The notes below the pieces were generated by a model, which was given only the letters and a program-made list of their open reading frames with translations, had not been told where the DNA came from and did not search any database. This document shows positions 10,191-18,971 of a DNA stretch of 64,000 nt, piece by piece. The DNA is taken from positions 32,001-96,000 of the forward strand of contig JBHLRP010000004.1 of assembly GCA_048882485.1 (NCBI GenBank), given 5' to 3'. How positions within the stretch are numbered: position 1 is the first letter of the stretch; every line of letters begins with the position of its first letter. This DNA is from Candidatus Thorarchaeota archaeon. GTDB lineage: Archaea > Asgardarchaeota > Thorarchaeia > Thorarchaeales > Thorarchaeaceae. Both the position numbers and the translations under genes were made by a program.

Positions 10191-10750
10191 GAGGATCCCC
10201 TCCAGACTTCTGAGATTCGAATGCGTGGACCTATCTCCAGTCCATTCTGCGCATGATAGAATGTCCAAAGGAGCTTGCTTCCACCAAGGTCGGAAACTCG
10301 TATCTCGACCATGCCAGAAGCCGATTCATCTAGAACTACAGGCTGTTGTTCGTTCTTCACGTCAATCTCAAGCATTGATGCAATAACTGATGCAAGCTCT
10401 CGGGCATTCCTTGAACAATTCTCTTCAACGGTCACTCCAAAAATGGTATCTATTCTAAGCCCCTTATTGTCAGAAACCTCTCTTCTAAGAGCTGCACTCT
10501 CGACTTTGATTTCCAGCGCATCATCATCGTACGGGTATAGAAACCTGATTGTCCTTGGATTGCCCTTCCAGATTGTAACTATGAGGGCGAGTCTAGCACC
10601 TGAATGTACCACTCTTGACCGCAACTCATCGATACTCATCCCTCCTCGATTGAACCTTTCAGTGCCGGGTAGAACAGACCAGAGATCGCGTACAAAAGAG
10701 CGAACTCGATTTGATGTTTTTCGAGATGTAGTGATCAAAGCGCGGGGCAA
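10187..10750 (-). CDS. Brix/Imp4 domain ribosome biogenesis protein
   Basis: LITTSRKTSNRVRSF...RGGMS, KGNP, EIGPRI. Confidence 0.85.
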   Translation of the reverse strand: MPRALITTSRKTSNRVRSFVRDLWSVLPGTERFNRGGMSIDELRSRVVHSGARLALIVTIWKGNPRTIRFLYPYDDDALEIKVESAALRREVSDNKGLRIDTIFGVTVEENCSRNARELASVIASMLEIDVKNEQQPVVLDESASGMVEIRVSDLGGSKLLWTFYHAQNGLEIGPRIRISEVWRGSS

Positions 10751-10774
10751 TGCACTTCACTGCCCTGTGAGCCG

Positions 10775-11182
10775 CTATTCACTAGCCTCAGGTTCCTCGA
10801 CAGGAACATCTGAGTCCTCATCAACGGAGACCGCTACGACTGCTTCCTCCTCAACATTCGGAAGGAAATCGGAAGGATCGACAATCTCGTCTTCGTCTCT
10901 TAACGCAAGAAAGTCACCCGAAACCCTCTGGGCAATGGCACGCCTAGCAGCCTTTCCCGCATCGGTAAATGGGACATATGCCCCACCAGCAAAACTCAGA
11001 CCACACTTTTTGCAGCTCCACAGACCAACAGCTTCTCTGGTCAGTGCTCTTGTAGCACAGGACGGGCATCGCTGTGGTTCAGCACGACGTCTTTCGATAT
11101 CAAGCACTCTGCGTCGTAGTTTCGCACCGTACCTAGCACCAAACCTTCCAGTGCTGCCAACTTTCTTTGTCTTTTTTCCCAA
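10775..11182 (-). CDS. rpl37ae: 50S ribosomal protein L37Ae with acidic C-terminal extension
   Basis: KKVGSTGRFGARYG, CPSC...CKKC zinc ribbon, FAGGAY. Confidence 0.95.
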   Translation of the reverse strand: MGKKTKKVGSTGRFGARYGAKLRRRVLDIERRRAEPQRCPSCATRALTREAVGLWSCKKCGLSFAGGAYVPFTDAGKAARRAIAQRVSGDFLALRDEDEIVDPSDFLPNVEEEAVVAVSVDEDSDVPVEEPEASE

Positions 11183-11209
11183 ACCGGTATTCTCCTGGTG
11201 TGGTCATTA

Positions 11210-11280
11210 GGAGCGCCGGAATTGGCGCTCCGAGTCTATCAGTCGCCCACCGATTTCGCTTATTAGCATATCTATCGGTG
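11210..11280 (-). promoter_or_regulatory. Stem-loops in the rrp42-rpl37ae spacer (candidate leader or processing structure)
   Basis: GGAGCGCC-N6-GGCGCTCC (11210-11231); CACCGAT...ATCGGTG (11248-11280). Confidence 0.4.
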
Positions 11281-11326
11281 AAGAGAATAGAAGGTGTTCC
11301 AGACTGACTGAAACACGCATTTCTTC

Positions 11327-12163
11327 CTATTCTGCGGTCTTCATTGTTTCAGTGATAAGCTCTCGAATCTCTTTTGATCTATCAAGAGCCATGCCCATTG
11401 AATGGTCAATCATCTCAAGAGACATAGGACCTACGCCTCCACCCTTCTGCATTGCAGTGAAGTTGTCATCCTTGTCAACCGCCATAGTTAGGCGGCAGTC
11501 CATGACCATCTCTTCCTTGATGATAGGATCGATGACTAGGTGCTCTCCAATCTTGGCAACAGTGTGTTCTATTGCCATATTCTGAAGAGGCAGAGTGAGC
11601 ATCTTGCCAGTAGCTACCTCCCCAGCATCTTCAAGCTTGACTTCTGGAAACTTGGTTCCGAGTAGCGCAGCGTTAACTGCTATTGATGACGCATCGATCA
11701 GATTGCCATCATATTCGAGTGTATAGACGTCTGCAAAGACCATATACACAAGTTTGCCTGGTTCAATGCAAAGAGCCTTGGTATCCATTGTTTCTGACTC
11801 ACGGACTCCTCTGTCAACAACTCGTGCTAGTTCGATGGCGGGTTCCTTAGGAGGACCCAACTCGAATAGAGGAGAAGCCATGGGTGCCAATTCGGCTGTT
11901 ACCATCGTCACACCTTCATCGGGCGTGTCTGGATAAGGTGCTCCTGTCAGTACCTTCACACCAGCAACTACAGAGGTTCCACCAATCCGTACAATTGCTG
12001 ACCCTTCTGCTTTTGCAGCCACGGGATTGGGTTCGATCGTAATTTCTCGATATTCGTCAAAGGGTCGACCGTCAACCCTTTCACCTTTGTTCAGCAGGTC
12101 TGCAACATAGCCCCTGTCAATATGGCTGATAATTTCTGAACTAAAATCAGTCATTCTACTCAT
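11327..12163 (-). CDS. rrp42: Exosome complex component Rrp42
   Basis: RVDGRPFDEYR, KAEGSA, FELGPP, ELARVVDRGVRES, DGNLIDAS. Confidence 0.95.
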   Translation of the reverse strand: MSRMTDFSSEIISHIDRGYVADLLNKGERVDGRPFDEYREITIEPNPVAAKAEGSAIVRIGGTSVVAGVKVLTGAPYPDTPDEGVTMVTAELAPMASPLFELGPPKEPAIELARVVDRGVRESETMDTKALCIEPGKLVYMVFADVYTLEYDGNLIDASSIAVNAALLGTKFPEVKLEDAGEVATGKMLTLPLQNMAIEHTVAKIGEHLVIDPIIKEEMVMDCRLTMAVDKDDNFTAMQKGGGVGPMSLEMIDHSMGMALDRSKEIRELITETMKTAE

Positions 12164-12968
12164 CCCCCATTATCTCGGCTTCGCCGAGATCAGTTTCAAG
12201 ATCGTCTTCATAGTCGTCCATCTCTTCATCATCACCCTCGGGAGCCTTTTTCGCGTACGACCGCTTCAGAGCGTCTTTCTGCAGTTCATGCAGGTATTTA
12301 CAGGAGTTTATTCCCATCTGCATTGCCTCAACGAGTTCCTCTCGCGTGAATGAACCATCCTGTTGCAGCAGAGTCAGTTCATTTGTACCAGGGAGAATAG
12401 CTAGTGGAACATCACCCTGGCCGTATTTGTCCTCTTCATCTCCAAGATCCACAATTAGCTGGCCTTCAGCTTTGCCCACAGCAACAGATGGAACCAGAGA
12501 CCTCATCGGAATTCCTGCATCAGCTAATGCAAGTGAAGCTGCGTTAATGGCAGCACATCTTGTACCACCGTCAGCTTGGATGACTTGTATGAATACATCA
12601 ATCACAGCCTTAGGATATTGCTCCAAGAACAGTACTGGCTGCAATGCATTTGCAATGACCATCGAAATCTCGCGCTCTCGCCGAGATGGTGCAGGCCTCT
12701 TTCTGTCTGGAACCGAGAATGTAGCCATTCTGTAGACAACTCTGAGATATGCACGGTCATTCAACGTCAAATGTCTAGGATGTAGCTCTCTTGGACCATA
12801 GACTGCGGCTATGATGTAGGTCTTGCCTTGCCTTATAGAGGCTGAACCGTCGGCAGTCTTGAGCACTCCAACCTCCATTTGAATTGGTCTTAGCTCATCT
12901 AATCTTCTACCATCAACTCGTAAGCCTTCAGCATTAAGCAAGGAGTCAGGTTTCACTTCTGGACTCAT
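12156..12968 (-). CDS. rrp41: Exosome complex exonuclease Rrp41
   Basis: RVDGRRLDELRP, YGPRELHP, RREREIS, QADGGTR. Confidence 0.95.
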   Translation of the reverse strand: MSPEVKPDSLLNAEGLRVDGRRLDELRPIQMEVGVLKTADGSASIRQGKTYIIAAVYGPRELHPRHLTLNDRAYLRVVYRMATFSVPDRKRPAPSRREREISMVIANALQPVLFLEQYPKAVIDVFIQVIQADGGTRCAAINAASLALADAGIPMRSLVPSVAVGKAEGQLIVDLGDEEDKYGQGDVPLAILPGTNELTLLQQDGSFTREELVEAMQMGINSCKYLHELQKDALKRSYAKKAPEGDDEEMDDYEDDLETDLGEAEIMGDE

Positions 12969-13909
12969 TATTCACTCACTTCCTCCGTAGTTTCAGTTTC
13001 GGTCTCTTCAGACTCGGTTTCTGCTTCTTTAGCATCTTTAGGTGAGTCTTCAATTGCCTTATCAGCAACATCAGTTTCAAGAGGCTCTTCAGTCACCACA
13101 GGCTCCTCACCTTCAGCCGTGTCCTCTTCTTTGATATCTTCAACAGGTTCCGCAGAGTCTTCAGATTCCTCAGAATCCTCTACCTCCATCGATTCCTCAG
13201 ACATTTCCTCTGGTGGCTCATCACCACGAATCCTAGTCATTTCCTCCTCAAGCATCTCCTTCACACGATCGGTGAGTTTCGATGTGTGGGCTTGGGCTTC
13301 AATCATCTTGAACGCCTTTATTGCTAGGCGCATGACATCGGTATTGGATGTACGAATCCAAATCCGACCATTCTGACCAACCATAGTTTGGATTTTGAGG
13401 ATGTCCTGAATCATGTTGATCATTGATCCACGTCTCCCAATAACGCGTGGAATCTTTGCCGGACGGATTTCAAGAATCATCCCGGAGTCCAGGCGTCTAA
13501 GCCCTCTTCCTTTCATCCCGAGGAATGGTCCTGTCACCCTGTCGAATGCAATTACTTCAGCAGCAATGACATCACCTATGTCCATGTATCTGCTGATATC
13601 GTCATCATATGGCCGTCGTAGAGCATTGTTTGCATGAAGAGATGCTAGGTATGGCCCTCCGATGTCCACCTTCCAATTATTCCCCGTCACCATTGTGATG
13701 GTTCCGAGGACCAGATCGCCCTCGCGAGGGATGTAAACCCCCTCAAGCGCAACCACTTTCACGGTATTGCCGCGCAGCTCAGCGAGGCCTACCAATGCGG
13801 AGTATATTTTTTCTCCTTCGTCATAGGTCCCAAAGGAGGCACGGTATCTGCCTTCAGCCAATAATTGTCCTGGGACCACTACTTCTCGTTTTTGAAAGTA
13901 TACAGCCAA
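12968..13909 (-). CDS. rrp4: Exosome RNA-binding protein Rrp4 with long acidic tail
   Basis: VVPGQLL, YIPREGD S1 domain, PRVIGRRGSMI KH domain, GQNGRIW. Confidence 0.95.
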   Translation of the reverse strand: MAVYFQKREVVVPGQLLAEGRYRASFGTYDEGEKIYSALVGLAELRGNTVKVVALEGVYIPREGDLVLGTITMVTGNNWKVDIGGPYLASLHANNALRRPYDDDISRYMDIGDVIAAEVIAFDRVTGPFLGMKGRGLRRLDSGMILEIRPAKIPRVIGRRGSMINMIQDILKIQTMVGQNGRIWIRTSNTDVMRLAIKAFKMIEAQAHTSKLTDRVKEMLEEEMTRIRGDEPPEEMSEESMEVEDSEESEDSAEPVEDIKEEDTAEGEEPVVTEEPLETDVADKAIEDSPKDAKEAETESEETETETTEEVSE

Positions 13910-13953
13910 TGTATTCCCTCATTTGTAATTTTTATCATCAATATTCTCAACCG

Positions 13954-14679
13954 CTATCGAACGGTCTCTATCTTTACTTGTCCTTTGCAGAGCTTGTTCA
14001 AATCGTCATAGAGCTCTTGTCGTTTTGATGCAGGAATCTCAACCAAGCCAGACCACTCCCCGTTCTGTGCCCATGCCTCGGACTTGATTAGTCCAGCCTT
14101 TGCAACCACGTTGTAGCCCTTCCCTGAGAAGGCTGCTGGAAGAGTTATCTGAAGCTTGACGCTCTCAAATGAGATGGGGATTATCACCAAGAGAGCCTTC
14201 ACAATTCCGGGGATTTGCTCGTCCGCTTTGATGAAGGGGTCGATTTGGACCTTTGCCTCCTCCATCGCCTGTCTAATTCTGTCAGGTGGATGAGGATGTC
14301 CTGTCTGTGGATTCATTGCCCGCTTAGAGATGCTCTCAATTATTGCTTCAGTTTTCTCCTTTACAAGCTGATTACGCTGCTCATGGGTAAGTCTGAACTC
14401 TCCATCTTTGAGTATAATCGGCGCTATCTTAAATACATCAGACGAGCCAAACTCCTCTTCTGCAAGCTCTTCAGATGCACGCTCTCCTCTCTTGGCATCT
14501 TCGTAAAGGTCATAGCTCTTCAAGATCTCTTCGATCGGGATGTCTTCACCTCGTCTATATTCAAAGGCTAAATCCGGATCGACAAATAGCTCAAATCGCA
14601 GGTGACCCTTTTGAATTCCAATCACGACTGCATCAAGTTCAAGCCACTTCTCGCCAGATTTCTTCCCTGAACCCATCAA
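13954..14679 (-). CDS. Ribosome maturation factor SBDS/Sdo1
   Basis: RFELFVDPD, DAKRGERAS, NPQTGHPHPP..I..AMEEA. Confidence 0.95.
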   Translation of the reverse strand: MMGSGKKSGEKWLELDAVVIGIQKGHLRFELFVDPDLAFEYRRGEDIPIEEILKSYDLYEDAKRGERASEELAEEEFGSSDVFKIAPIILKDGEFRLTHEQRNQLVKEKTEAIIESISKRAMNPQTGHPHPPDRIRQAMEEAKVQIDPFIKADEQIPGIVKALLVIIPISFESVKLQITLPAAFSGKGYNVVAKAGLIKSEAWAQNGEWSGLVEIPASKRQELYDDLNKLCKGQVKIETVR

Positions 14680-14693
14680 GCCCTAGTCCACTC

Positions 14694-15434
14694 CTATTCA
14701 TTTTCCGCTTTACTGGAGGGATTCAAAATGGTCTGTGTTTCGGATCTGCTGAGCTTCTCGAATTTCCGGGTGCTCACAGGAATCTTGGCGATTTCTACAT
14801 TGTCAGCAGAAAGATCTGCCTCCGTGGCTTGGCGAAGTGCTTCAAGTGCAAGTTGAATGGCTTGATTAAGATTCTGTTTCTTGCTCAGGTCATACTTGCC
14901 TTCCAGGTACTCGCCAGCTCTTGCGCTTCCTCGACCAATTACTACTGCCAAATATCCCCAATAAGTGCCCACTGGATCAGTCACATAAAGGCGTGGCGTA
15001 TCATCATGATCTGCTGAGCCAATAATCATAGCAACACCGTAGGGTCTTGCTCCGCCCCCCTGAGTAAACTGGGCTTTCACATCACATATATGCTCAGCTA
15101 GAACTTCTCCAGGAATTGGCTCCTCGTAGGTCAGCCAATATGATTGCGCCTTGATTCTGGCCTCCTGAATCAGTTTTCGCGCATCTGCCATGAGTCCAGA
15201 TGTCGCTACACCGATGTGTTCATCGATCTTTGAAATCTTCTCTATGCTGTCTGGCTCTTGAAGATCCTTGATGTTCTTCTCTGCGAGCAGCACAATTCCT
15301 TCATTCACAAGGATTCCAATCGATGTAGCTCCTTGTTCGACTGCTTTCTTGGCATATTCTGCCGCGAAAATGCGTCCTTCAGGGCTGAAGATGCTGGTTG
15401 ACATATCATACCCCGCACCAGATATCCCAAACAC
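14694..15434 (-). CDS. psmA: Proteasome alpha subunit
   Basis: GYD...FSPEGR...EYA, GATSIGI, SGLMADAR, RPYGV; probable GTG start at 15434 after GGAGG. Confidence 0.92.
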   Translation of the reverse strand: MFGISGAGYDMSTSIFSPEGRIFAAEYAKKAVEQGATSIGILVNEGIVLLAEKNIKDLQEPDSIEKISKIDEHIGVATSGLMADARKLIQEARIKAQSYWLTYEEPIPGEVLAEHICDVKAQFTQGGGARPYGVAMIIGSADHDDTPRLYVTDPVGTYWGYLAVVIGRGSARAGEYLEGKYDLSKKQNLNQAIQLALEALRQATEADLSADNVEIAKIPVSTRKFEKLSRSETQTILNPSSKAENE

Positions 15435-15635
15435 GGTGTTTTCCTCCAAGTAGTCAACCTGTCTCTATCCGGAAGCCAGAGCCTCACAGTGGGCAACGCC
15501 TGACAATTCCGAATAGTTACTGTCAAACTCCTTTGTTTTACCAGCCCTCGGCATTTCTGCATCCTAGGCTCAAATGGCCTTCGTTGACCTAGACTCATAA
15601 AGCTTCTGGTGTGAATGTAGAAACTTTGTAATCAA

Positions 15636-16034
15636 TCACTCTTGCAGCATGTATAGATACACAATAATCGCCAATGAAAGCAACAGCGTGACTATGGCCA
15701 CACCAGATTCAAACATCAGGAAGGTCATCACAAAGACTACGATGGTGAGGAGAATTAGCTCCACCCATCCTGCTCGAATCTGAGTCATATAGAGGCGAAT
15801 ATTGACCACCGTGATTGTGAGAAAGAGAAACATCCCTGACATGACCAGTATCTCGATTATGAGAGCAAGAAATGGATTCATGTCATTCAGCGCGCCAACG
15901 GGACTTGTATTAATGACATCTGGAGCAGACCATGCCCAAAGTGCCAATCCGAGGCTCAAGAGAACCACTGTAAGAATAACCGTGATGATAGTGGACCGTA
16001 TAATTTCGCTTCTTTCAGGAATCTCGTCGCTCAA
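15636..16034 (-). CDS. Hypothetical membrane protein (about 4 TM)
   Basis: Four hydrophobic segments. Confidence 0.7.
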   Translation of the reverse strand: MSDEIPERSEIIRSTIITVILTVVLLSLGLALWAWSAPDVINTSPVGALNDMNPFLALIIEILVMSGMFLFLTITVVNIRLYMTQIRAGWVELILLTIVVFVMTFLMFESGVAIVTLLLSLAIIVYLYMLQE

Positions 16035-16188
16035 TGTCTCTCACACCGGGCCTTGGAGTCCGAGATGTTTCCGTGTCACACTTAAAGATACCGACCGATT
16101 AAAGGTCGTTCCCCTTTTGAGAACATGAATGAATGTAGGTGCTTGATGTGAAATGAATTTAAGAGAGGCCCCTGCCTGACAAAGCGCG

Positions 16189-17649
16189 GTGCATGGCGTG
16201 GGCAGAATCACATCGTACTTCGGTCTACCTGAAGACAAACCACATGTGATTAGACTCACCAGTATTGCGCTATCACTGAGTACGTTCATGGAAGCCACAA
16301 TTACAATCTCAACGACGTTCTATCTCATTTTTGTTGCAGAGGCTCTAGGACAAGGAGATTTCATAGCTGGCATGACCCTAGTTGCTGTTCTGGTGATAAT
16401 ACAAATGGCTGTTCAAACCATTTTCGACTATCCAACAGGAGTCATTGGCGACTGGATAGGTCAACGTTACATCCTAGCCACATCATACTTCACATACGCA
16501 GCTGCATTCTACGTTGTGTCGCTAGTGACAAGCACGACTCCAATTATATTGCTTGTCCTCGTCTACATTCTAATGGGCTTCGCTGGATCGCAACAGAGCG
16601 GAGCGCTCGGCAGTTGGTTTGATAACAATTGGAGAGTCGCAATGCCTGAAGATGAAGGACGCAAGCAGTATGGGGTGCTTCAAGGCAAGTGGGGAATGAT
16701 ATCTTGGCTAGCAAATGTCCTCATTCTCATTCCAGGAGGCATTCTGGCTACACTGTTTGCTCGTGCATGGGTATTTCAAGCGCAATCAGTGCTTTGTATC
16801 GTCATAGCCCTTGCATCATGGAGATTAGTACGGAATCTTCCTGAAGCTGATCAGAACAGGCAGACAAAGCCAGACTTGGGCGAATATATCTCGCTATTGA
16901 AAGAAGGTGTAACATATCTGTTCAGCAGTCAGTACGTGAAGTATCTCTTACTTGGTTCAATGCTTGTCAACAGCGTTATTGCAGTATGGAGCAACCTCAT
17001 CCTATTCCCGATGTACTACACATACTTGGTATCCGACGTGGCTGTGGCTAGCTTCCGTACGATTGTCATGGTTCCTCTTGTGGTATATAGCGAGAGAAGT
17101 GGAAACTGGGCAAAGAAATACGATCCGGAGAGGTGGATACCTCGTTTCAGATTCATTCAGACGTGCGGGGCTGTGTTCTTCTGGGTGTTCGCAGTATTGA
17201 TGATTGTGTTTCAACCGCCTCCTGCGAGCTCACCAATGATAGACTACATCCTGCCGGGTACGGACATTCTATTGCTTAGAGTCCCTATAGCATCACTAGT
17301 GCCAGTGTTCCTAATGATTGCTATGTTCTTTGTCTGTGGCGCTTTCCTACAACTTGGAGGAGTTCTGACTGCACGTGTCTTCGTTGATGCGATTCCAAAC
17401 AGAGTGAGGAACGGCGTTTACTCTTTGTTCCCAACTGTGGTGTTGATTTTCGCAATACCTCAGATTGCGTTCTTTGGATGGTTGATTCCATTACTGGGAA
17501 TTTCAGCCACTCTTTTCCTATGTGGATGCATATCGACAATAGGCGTGTTGATGATTCGTAGGGGTCTAAGCTATCCGAAACCATGGATTCAAGACCCTGA
17601 ATATCATCTAGAACAAGAGCCTGACCGTCAGGCCGAGGAGGAGTTTTAG
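16189..17649 (+). CDS. MFS transporter
   Basis: DYPTGVIGDWIGQR motif A; about 12 TM. Confidence 0.85.
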   Translation: MHGVGRITSYFGLPEDKPHVIRLTSIALSLSTFMEATITISTTFYLIFVAEALGQGDFIAGMTLVAVLVIIQMAVQTIFDYPTGVIGDWIGQRYILATSYFTYAAAFYVVSLVTSTTPIILLVLVYILMGFAGSQQSGALGSWFDNNWRVAMPEDEGRKQYGVLQGKWGMISWLANVLILIPGGILATLFARAWVFQAQSVLCIVIALASWRLVRNLPEADQNRQTKPDLGEYISLLKEGVTYLFSSQYVKYLLLGSMLVNSVIAVWSNLILFPMYYTYLVSDVAVASFRTIVMVPLVVYSERSGNWAKKYDPERWIPRFRFIQTCGAVFFWVFAVLMIVFQPPPASSPMIDYILPGTDILLLRVPIASLVPVFLMIAMFFVCGAFLQLGGVLTARVFVDAIPNRVRNGVYSLFPTVVLIFAIPQIAFFGWLIPLLGISATLFLCGCISTIGVLMIRRGLSYPKPWIQDPEYHLEQEPDRQAEEEF

Positions 17650-17963
17650 AACTCGACAGAGGTCCCAAGTCGCATGTTATAGACTTGGAACTCTAGTTCA
17701 GTCAGTTCATCCTGAAGCTTGCGATATTTCTTATCGAATTCATCTTGACCGATGGTTCCAGCCTTCTTCTCCATCACAAGTCTCTTTAGCTCGCTTTGAC
17801 GCTCTCTTATCTTCTCCTTGATCTCTTCCCAGTGACTACGGTGGGTGGATACCGATTTGCCCCAGCTCTCACTCGACTTAGAATCCTGCTCGAGCTTGTC
17901 AACTACTTCATCGAGAGAGCTCTTAATCTTCTCAGCATCTTTGCTGTCCTCTTTCAGGCTCAA
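17646..17963 (-). CDS. Small coiled-coil protein
   Basis: Charged heptad pattern; GAGGTG SD before GTG/TTG start at about 17963-17966. Confidence 0.65.
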   Translation of the reverse strand: MSLKEDSKDAEKIKSSLDEVVDKLEQDSKSSESWGKSVSTHRSHWEEIKEKIRERQSELKRLVMEKKAGTIGQDEFDKKYRKLQDELTELEFQVYNMRLGTSVEF

Positions 17964-18021
17964 CACCACCTTCACCTCGATTTTGATTCGATATATGCGT
18001 TGAGATGAGGCTGTAAACGGT

Positions 18022-18948
18022 CTATCCAAGCAAGAAGGGTAGTATCGGCACCACAGGGAGAAGTAGAAGGGTCCCTATTGTAACCGCCGTTGCTGCTGAT
18101 TCTGTGTCCAGCTTTAGACCACCAGCGAATACTACAGTGAACACTGCAGGTGGCATGAGCGCCTCAATGAAAACGACCTTCGTCGCCAAATCTGATAGGG
18201 CAAAAAGGAACAGCAGAATAACAATCATGATTGGAACAATCAATTGCCGGACTGCAGCCACTTCCAGACCGCCTATTACATCAACCCTGGAGAATCGTGT
18301 GCCAATGCCAAGTCCAACAGTGACTAACGAGAGGTAGGTTGTGATGGTTCCGTTGAATGAGAGGATGGAAACGACTTCTGACGGCAATGTAACTCCGACA
18401 AGCAATAGCAAAATCGCGAGCAGGACAGCGATGAATGGAGGGAACTTTAGCCATTGTTCTGTCATGCTCCTCCAATTGGTGCCAGTATCACTATATCTCG
18501 AACCAATCATCGATCCCAAGCTGACTAGGAGAAGCATCTGTGTCAGCGAGAACATGATAACAAAAGGCACCGCCTGTTCCCCAATGAATAAAATTGCCAA
18601 TGGGAGAGGGATGAACAGAGCATTTTGAAATGTGGAGCAGAGCAGCAGAACCCCTTTTCTCCTGTTCTCAATTGTGCTGTTTCTGAGCCGAATATACATG
18701 ATTAGCGTGCCAGAGAGATGCACAATCAGTGCAGCTAAGAGAACCAGAGGAATTTCAACCAAGGTTTCTAGAGAAGAGGTGAGTAGTGAGTAAATGACAA
18801 GAATGGGTACCAGTAGGTTCACAAGAAGCGCTATCAGGTATTTGTTTACCTCTTGCCCCCGACCTGAAATCTTGGCGATGGCATAACCTATGACAATCGA
18901 ACCGTAGAAGGAGCCCAAGTTCAAGACGGGGTCCATTACCTGCAGCAC
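18022..18948 (-). CDS. AEC (auxin efflux carrier) family transporter
   Basis: FQNALFIPLPL, PPFIA, EALMPPA; about 10 TM. Confidence 0.85.
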   Translation of the reverse strand: MLQVMDPVLNLGSFYGSIVIGYAIAKISGRGQEVNKYLIALLVNLLVPILVIYSLLTSSLETLVEIPLVLLAALIVHLSGTLIMYIRLRNSTIENRRKGVLLLCSTFQNALFIPLPLAILFIGEQAVPFVIMFSLTQMLLLVSLGSMIGSRYSDTGTNWRSMTEQWLKFPPFIAVLLAILLLLVGVTLPSEVVSILSFNGTITTYLSLVTVGLGIGTRFSRVDVIGGLEVAAVRQLIVPIMIVILLFLFALSDLATKVVFIEALMPPAVFTVVFAGGLKLDTESAATAVTIGTLLLLPVVPILPFLLG

Positions 18949-18971
18949 TAACCACCAGCCTGTTACATCGT

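Noticed and set aside
10275-11210. 311-aa plus-strand ORF and the many other short opposite-strand ORFs in the track
   Set aside because: Antisense shadows of well-supported genes, with no motifs.
16153-16188. In-frame ATG...TGA upstream of the MFS gene as possible read-through
   Set aside because: The added peptide is short, unremarkable and not Cys-motif-like; a GTG start with SD explains the gene.
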